Positions 1 to 5,138 of a stretch of 10,476 nucleotides of DNA are shown one piece after another. This DNA comes from Promethearchaeia archaeon. Its GTDB lineage: Archaea; Asgardarchaeota; Lokiarchaeia; Sigyniarchaeales; SOKP01. Each line of letters begins with the position of its first letter. Position 1 is the stretch's first letter. Both the position numbers and the translations under genes were made by a program. The notes beneath the pieces are model-generated. The model was given only the letters and a program-made list of their open reading frames with translations, searched no databases and was not told the origin of the DNA. The DNA is taken from assembly GCA_046497275.1 (NCBI GenBank), contig JAWOFX010000140.1:1-10476 (forward strand). Reading direction: 5' to 3'.

Positions 1-684
1 GAAAAGCAAGTAAACCAGCTTAGAAATGAGCTCGATAAAAAGAATGAAGAATTAAAAGATACTAAGGCAAAACTGGTAAGTTCTGAAAAATATTTAGAAG
101 AATTAACTCTTAAATTAAAAGATACTAATGAAAAAATAAAAAGTTTAGAATCTACTCGTGAAGATTTAAATAACAAAATAACGAATTTAGATGAGGAGAT
201 AAACCAGAAAGTTGAAGAGGTTGAAGAATTAGAACAGAAATTAAAAGATTCTTCTGAAAAAGTACAAAATTTAAATAAAATAATTGAAGAAAAAGAAAAT
301 ATCATAGAAGAAAAAAGCGATATCCTTGGGAATAAAGAAAATCTAATTGCTAGTCTGAATTCAAAAATTGATGAGCTTGATAGAAAAATTGAAAAATATT
401 CCAAAGACATCCAAATTAAGGAAGAAGAAATTCAAAACCAAAATCAAAAACTAGAGGAAATGAAAATAAGAGAACAAGAAACCACCAAAGATTTCGAAGA
501 AAAGTTAGATTCTAAACAACGGGAAATTGAAGAATTAAAAAATGATATCCAAGTAATTAATGATACTTTGAAAAAAGCCGAAGAAACTCAAAAAATCATG
601 GAAAAAATAAACGAAGTGATGGATCTTAAAGGATTTGTGAATGAAAAAGAATTAGAGGAGATTAAAGCAGGGAGGCAAATTTAG
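1..684 (+). CDS. Long coiled-coil protein, 5'-truncated (227 aa visible); function unknown
   Basis: Frame +1 is open from base 1 (EKQVNQLRNELDKKNEELKD...) to TAG at 682-684, so the ORF-track 460..684 entry is only its tail. It is E/K/N/Q-rich with continuous heptads (KITNLDE EINQKVE EVEELEQ KLKDSSE KVQNLNK IIEEKEN IIEEKSD ILGNKEN LIASLNS KIDELDR) and no Pro in the visible part. Confidence 0.85.
   Translation, partial: EKQVNQLRNELDKKNEELKDTKAKLVSSEKYLEELTLKLKDTNEKIKSLESTREDLNNKITNLDEEINQKVEEVEELEQKLKDSSEKVQNLNKIIEEKENIIEEKSDILGNKENLIASLNSKIDELDRKIEKYSKDIQIKEEEIQNQNQKLEEMKIREQETTKDFEEKLDSKQREIEELKNDIQVINDTLKKAEETQKIMEKINEVMDLKGFVNEKELEEIKAGRQI
280..342 (+). repeat. Degenerate 21-bp (one heptad) tandem repeat, 3 copies, inside the coiled-coil gene
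   Basis: ataattgaagaaaaagaaaat / atcatagaagaaaaaagcgat / atccttgggaataaagaaaat encode IIEEKEN / IIEEKSD / ILGNKEN. Confidence 0.6.
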
Positions 685-864
685 GGATTTTTATGATTAT
701 TTTATTTAATTATTCTAGTGAATTATTTTAATCATCCTTTTTAAAGCAATTCTAAGGTTATAATTGAACATATTGATTAAATTAGCTTGTTTTCTTTCTT
801 ATTTAACTCATTAAATCAAAAATGATTGATTTTAGATATATCAAAAAACTGATATTTCTGAATG

Positions 865-888
865 TAATTATTATATTAATTATTATAT
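865..888 (+). promoter_or_regulatory. Probable TATA-box region of the ACT-DUF711 unit; exact 12-bp tandem duplication
   Basis: TAATTATTATAT occurs at 865-876 and 877-888. TTATATTA (871-878) lies about 25-32 nt before the ATG at 903, the spacing expected for an archaeal leaderless transcript. No GAGG-type RBS precedes 903. Confidence 0.4.
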
Positions 889-902
889 AAAAAAATATTA
901 AG

Positions 903-1172
903 ATGAAAGCAATAGTAAGTGTTATTGGTTTAGACAAACCAGGAATTGTGGCATCAGTTTCAACGATATTAGCTAATCATAATGTAAATATTACGGATAT
1001 TTCACAATCTTACGCACAAGAATTTTTTACAATGATTATGGTCGTTGATTTTGAACGAAGTGATTCTACAATTAAACAAGTGAATGAAGACCTTAAAAAA
1101 GCAGGTGAAAAAATTGGAGTTTTTATGTCCATACAACATGAGGATATATTTCGTGCTATGCATAGGATTTAA
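903..1172 (+). CDS. ACT domain-containing protein (UPF0237 / GcvR-like small ACT protein)
   Basis: 89 aa with the ACT signature MKAIVSVIGLDKPGIVASVSTILANHNVNITDISQ and C-terminal IQHEDIFRAMHRI. It sits directly upstream of a DUF711 gene, the known arrangement for this family. Confidence 0.92.
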   Translation: MKAIVSVIGLDKPGIVASVSTILANHNVNITDISQSYAQEFFTMIMVVDFERSDSTIKQVNEDLKKAGEKIGVFMSIQHEDIFRAMHRI

Positions 1173-1199
1173 AGAAACCAAATAAATTAAAATATCAAT

Positions 1200-1205
1200 A
1201 GAGGT
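1200..1205 (+). promoter_or_regulatory. Shine-Dalgarno motif for the DUF711 gene
   Basis: AGAGGT, 7 nt before the ATG at 1213. Confidence 0.65.
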
Positions 1206-1212
1206 TAAGAAT

Positions 1213-2670
1213 ATGTCGTTTACACCAGAAGAAGTATTGGAAACTAAAAGAATGATACAAGATCAAGGATTAGATGTTCGAACAATAACTATGGGAATAA
1301 ATTTATTAGATTGCGTGAATCCAAGTTTGGATTTAATGTTAGAAAATATTAAACAAAAAATTCTATCATTAGCTAGCGATCTTTCAGAAATGGCAACATC
1401 AATAGAAGAGGATTATGGGATACCTATTATTAATCGTAGATTAACTATCACTCCAATCTCATTACTTCTAGGAGCATTAAAATCCATCAAAGAAATGTCA
1501 TTAGAGGATATACAGAAATTTAATGATCCTCTTTATCATAAATATAAAGTTGGAAGTCCTCGAATCGCTCCTGATGCCATTGAATCTTGTATTGCAATCG
1601 CAAATACTCTTGATGAAGCAGCTAATGAGGTTAATGTTGATTTTTTAGGTGGTTTTTCTGCGTTAGTGCATAAAGGATTTACACGAGCAGATTTAAGTCT
1701 CATTCAGAGTCTACCAGATGTTTTATCATCTACAGAAAGAGTATGTAGCTCTGTCAATGTTGCTGCCACTCGTGCTGGAATGAATATGAATGCAGTTAAA
1801 ATGATGGGTGATATAATTCATCAGATTGCTATGAACACTAGAGAAAAGTTATCAATCGGATGTGCAAAATTAGTGGTATTTGCGAATGCAGTAGAAGATA
1901 ATCCCTTTATGGCAGGAGGTTTTCACGGAATCGGAGAATCTGAATGTTGTATAAATGTTGGTATTTCTGGACCCGGAGTAATAAGAAATATTGTAAAGCA
2001 TCAGAGAAACTCAGATTTTGAAACACTTGCGGAATCGATCAAGAAAACAGCATTTAAAATCACACGAATGGGTCAACTAGTTGCACAAGAAGCATCGAAA
2101 AGGTTAAATGTACCGTTTGGAATAGTTGACCTCTCTTTAGCACCAACCACACGACCATTTGACAGTGTTGCTGGGATTTTAGAAGATATGGGGTTAGAAA
2201 CTACTGGAGGACCAGGCACAACAGCAGCATTGGCACTTTTAACGGATGCAGTAAAAAAGGGAGGATTAATGGCATCTTCATATGTAGGAGGGTTATCCGG
2301 TGCCTTTATCCCTGTGAGTGAGGATCATTTTATGACTGAAGCTGCGAGAAAAAATGTGCTGACTATTGAAAAACTTGAAGCTATGACATCTGTATGTTCA
2401 ACAGGTTTGGATATGATATGTATTCCAGGATCAACACCCCCAACTACAATTGCTGGAATCATTGCTGATGAGGCAGCTATAGGAATGATAAATCAGAAAA
2501 CCACTGGAATCCGAATAATTCCAGTTATTGGAAAGGATGTAGGAGAGGAAGTTGAGTTTGGAGGCTTATTGGGAAAGTCTATTGTGATGCCAGTCAAAAG
2601 AAGCTCTTGTGAAATTTTTATCAATAGACAAGGTCGTATTCCTGCACCTGTCCATTCACAACGAAATTAA
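1213..2670 (+). CDS. DUF711 / UPF0210 'PFL family' protein (PFL-like barrel fold, function unknown)
   Basis: Family motifs [143 protein letters not shown] and C-terminal [12 protein letters not shown]. Confidence 0.95.
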   Translation: MSFTPEEVLETKRMIQDQGLDVRTITMGINLLDCVNPSLDLMLENIKQKILSLASDLSEMATSIEEDYGIPIINRRLTITPISLLLGALKSIKEMSLEDIQKFNDPLYHKYKVGSPRIAPDAIESCIAIANTLDEAANEVNVDFLGGFSALVHKGFTRADLSLIQSLPDVLSSTERVCSSVNVAATRAGMNMNAVKMMGDIIHQIAMNTREKLSIGCAKLVVFANAVEDNPFMAGGFHGIGESECCINVGISGPGVIRNIVKHQRNSDFETLAESIKKTAFKITRMGQLVAQEASKRLNVPFGIVDLSLAPTTRPFDSVAGILEDMGLETTGGPGTTAALALLTDAVKKGGLMASSYVGGLSGAFIPVSEDHFMTEAARKNVLTIEKLEAMTSVCSTGLDMICIPGSTPPTTIAGIIADEAAIGMINQKTTGIRIIPVIGKDVGEEVEFGGLLGKSIVMPVKRSSCEIFINRQGRIPAPVHSQRN

Positions 2671-2694
2671 AACCAACTCAATTATTCTATTTTT

Positions 2695-3432
2695 ATGAAA
2701 GAATTTATAGGCGTTGATTCTTGCTCAATTGGATGGTTATGTTTTATTTTAGACTCAAATATGAATTGGACTTTAAAGTTATTTAAAACCGTCCAAGATT
2801 TATATGCCTCTTATTCTAGAGCAGAATTAATCTTGATCGACATTCCAATCGGATTACGAAAAACTAGCGGAGTTCCAAGACTATGTGATAAGGAAGCTCG
2901 TAGATATTTAACTCGGAAAAGATCATCATCTATCTTTCCCACTCCTTGTAGGGATATCCTTGAAATATATAATTATCATGAAGTAAATAGGATCAGTAAG
3001 GAAAAATGTGGAAAAGGAATCTCAAAACAAACTTGGAATATAATTTCCGAAATAAAAGAAGTCGATATACTGCTAAGGAATAACTTGGAGGCCAAAAAAC
3101 TTTTTATTGAATCTCACCCTGAAGTTTGTTTCACTGCTTTAAATAAAGATAAACCTCTTGAATTTTATAAAAAAACTAAAAAAGGAATACAGAAAAGAAT
3201 TAATTTATTACTCTCACATCTAAAATTTGATAAAGATCCCTTAGAATTTGGATTGAATAATTATAAGAGAAATGAAGTGGCATCCGACGATATTTTAGAT
3301 GCGTGGATATTAGGAATATCTGCCACTTTAGGTAGGAATAATTTGGAGTTTTTACCAGAGGATTATGAATATGATTCTGAAGGACTCCCTATGCGAATTG
3401 CAAAACCAAAATTTCAAGGATTTGTAAATTAG
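2695..3432 (+). CDS. DUF429 family protein (predicted RNase H-like fold nuclease)
   Basis: Motifs IGVDSCSIGW, LIDIPIGL, RLCDKEARRYL..RSSSIFPTP, GISKQTWNI, EVD, FIESHPEVCF, K..G.QKR..LL and DDILDA match DUF429. The acidic residues expected for an RNase H-like site are present. Confidence 0.88.
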   Translation: MKEFIGVDSCSIGWLCFILDSNMNWTLKLFKTVQDLYASYSRAELILIDIPIGLRKTSGVPRLCDKEARRYLTRKRSSSIFPTPCRDILEIYNYHEVNRISKEKCGKGISKQTWNIISEIKEVDILLRNNLEAKKLFIESHPEVCFTALNKDKPLEFYKKTKKGIQKRINLLLSHLKFDKDPLEFGLNNYKRNEVASDDILDAWILGISATLGRNNLEFLPEDYEYDSEGLPMRIAKPKFQGFVN

Positions 3433-3439
3433 AAAGGAT

Positions 3440-4507
3440 TTAAAACTCTCTTTCAGCAACGAAAGTTAATAAACTTTCAAAAAATTCTAATTCTTCCTTA
3501 TTTATAACTTCTTTTAACTTTTTTATTACATCTTTTGCTTCTTTATAATAAATATCGGCTAAATCTCTACATGTTTCAGCAGCATTAGCTTCATTAAAAA
3601 GAGCCTTAACTATAGAAACTTCTTTATCGGAAATTTTTTGCTTCTGCATAATTTTAACAAGTTTTTCTCTATTCCCTCCAGATAATTTATTTAATGATTG
3701 AATCAATAAACACGTCTTTTTTCCCTCTTTAATATCACCATCCGTCGGTTTCCCAGTTTTATTCTCGTCACCAAACGTGCCTAAGATATCATCTTTGATT
3801 TGAAAAATAATACCCAAATTCATTCCATAAATACTCAATAATTCTTGATATTTTTGGTCAATCTCTGCATAATTTGCTCCAATAAGAATAGATTTTTCGA
3901 TAAGTGCACCCGTTTTCAGTGAAATCATTTCTATATACTCCTCCATCGTTAAATCTGTTTTATTCACTATATCCACTTCAATTAAAACACCATTTGCAAT
4001 CTCGATAAATGCTTGTTTGTATAAGTCCACTGCTTTTAAATTGATCTCGCTATTAAAATCATTATTCAGATAAGCTTCTAGCCCAAGAAAAAATGCGGAA
4101 TCACCACCAATGATTCCGATTGAGTTGCCGAAGTTTTCGGCTTTCATACGTTTTAAATTGTAATTTTTATGATATTGCCGATATCTATAATGAAAGGAGG
4201 GTTCTCCCCTTCTAAGTTCATCATTATCAATTATATCATCATGAATTAAAGAGGCATTATGCAAAAATTCTGTTCCTACACTGGGTTTTAGAATTTTATC
4301 ATCATTATTTTTTGAAAAAGCATTATAAGTCGCAACACATACCAATGGTCGTATACGTTTTCCTCCCGCTAAAAAATAATCCTTTAATTCTGTATAATAA
4401 TCTCTGAGAAAATTATTCTTTACCGAATTTATTTTTCTTTCATATATAGAAGCTATGGCGTCGTCAATTTTCGATGTATATTTCTTGCTGTATTCAAGAA
4501 AATTCAT
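3440..4507 (-). CDS. Trans-isoprenyl diphosphate synthase (polyprenyl synthetase family, archaeal-type); chain length uncertain, possibly >C20
   Basis: GGKRIRP; first Asp-rich motif EFLHNASLIHDDIIDNDELRRG; GIIGGD; KTGALI; second motif FQIKDDILG followed by TGKP..GDIKEGKKT. It converges tail-to-tail with the DUF429 gene across a 7-bp gap. Confidence 0.95.
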   Translation of the reverse strand: MNFLEYSKKYTSKIDDAIASIYERKINSVKNNFLRDYYTELKDYFLAGGKRIRPLVCVATYNAFSKNNDDKILKPSVGTEFLHNASLIHDDIIDNDELRRGEPSFHYRYRQYHKNYNLKRMKAENFGNSIGIIGGDSAFFLGLEAYLNNDFNSEINLKAVDLYKQAFIEIANGVLIEVDIVNKTDLTMEEYIEMISLKTGALIEKSILIGANYAEIDQKYQELLSIYGMNLGIIFQIKDDILGTFGDENKTGKPTDGDIKEGKKTCLLIQSLNKLSGGNREKLVKIMQKQKISDKEVSIVKALFNEANAAETCRDLADIYYKEAKDVIKKLKEVINKEELEFFESLLTFVAEREF

Positions 4508-4513
4508 TTTTTT

Positions 4514-4519
4514 CCCTCA
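4514..4519 (-). promoter_or_regulatory. Shine-Dalgarno motif for the prenyl synthase gene
   Basis: The minus strand reads TGAGGG-AAAAAA-ATG. Confidence 0.6.
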
Positions 4520-4798
4520 TTTGTTAATATAATATTTAATTTCTTTTCGATCTAAATTAATAGATTACTTTAATCAAAATTAAATTTATCTTCACTATAT
4601 TTCATCAAATACCAAAATAAAACATATTTCTATTAATAAATATACTAAAAAAAATCGAATAATAACTTATATCTAATAATTTATCAATTAGGAATTACTT
4701 GAAATTTATTATTTTATGTAATAAGAATTGGACTAAGGATTTTTTATATTAATGATAATATAATTAGAAAATAAGAATTGTAAATAAAGAATTAAATC

Positions 4799-5077
4799 AT
4801 GAAAAATAAAATGCTTGATAAAATAAACTATGAGATTGAAAAGGATGAAGAAGAGGTTTTTTTTAATTATGAATTAGCAAGAGAAGCGATCATAGGAATA
4901 ATCGATATTTTAGAAATTAAATTCAATAAAAAAGATTTCCTTTATCAAGCAGGAATTGAAAACTTAAGAGCTCTACACGAATCTATTATCAATATTTTAG
5001 AATTCTATAACCCTCCCTTAAAAATTCAGAAAATGATTGAAGAAATAAGATGTAGGGAAAAGAGCGCTCCGAAATAA
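4799..5077 (+). CDS. Small helical hypothetical protein (92 aa; start could be the second Met at 4811)
   Basis: Fills the gap between two minus-strand genes, has its own AT-rich upstream region and a T9 tract right after the stop. Composition is protein-like (YELAREAIIGIIDILEIKF...QAGIENLRALHESIINILE). No family recognised. Confidence 0.7.
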   Translation: MKNKMLDKINYEIEKDEEEVFFNYELAREAIIGIIDILEIKFNKKDFLYQAGIENLRALHESIINILEFYNPPLKIQKMIEEIRCREKSAPK

Positions 5078-5086
5078 TTATACAGA

Positions 5087-5095
5087 TTTTTTTTT
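5087..5095 (+). terminator. Oligo-T (T9) archaeal-type terminator candidate
   Basis: Nine T's begin 10 nt after the TAA of 4799..5077, with no GC-rich hairpin before them. Confidence 0.5.
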
Positions 5096-5138
5096 AGTAT
5101 TATTTCCATTTCTAATGATCTGTGTTTTAAATCTTAAA

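Noticed and set aside
460-684. 74-aa ORF from the track as an independent gene
   Set aside because: The frame is open from base 1 with continuous heptads, so the Met at 460 is internal.
1-684. SMC/Rad50 assignment for the coiled-coil protein
   Set aside because: The C-terminus has no ABC signature or Walker B motif; similarity would be generic coiled-coil only.
685-830. Structured ncRNA or riboswitch upstream of the ACT gene (short inverted repeats such as ATGATTA/TAATCAT and AAATCAA/TTGATTT)
   Set aside because: The stems are only 6-7 bp and almost all A/T, which is expected by chance, and no known RNA motif is visible.
1213-2670. Calling the DUF711 protein a pyruvate formate-lyase or glycyl radical enzyme
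   Set aside because: It is too short, has no C-terminal RVxG glycyl-radical motif, and no radical SAM activase is nearby. The family name reflects fold similarity only.
903-3432. Toxin-antitoxin or anti-phage defence interpretation of the ACT/DUF711/DUF429 genes
   Set aside because: ACT+DUF711 is a widespread housekeeping-type pair, and there are no mobile-element or defence hallmarks in the window.
5082-5123. ACAGAT/ATCTGT inverted repeat as a bidirectional hairpin terminator
   Set aside because: The 6-bp stem with a 30-nt loop is too weak; the oligo-T tract alone explains the region.
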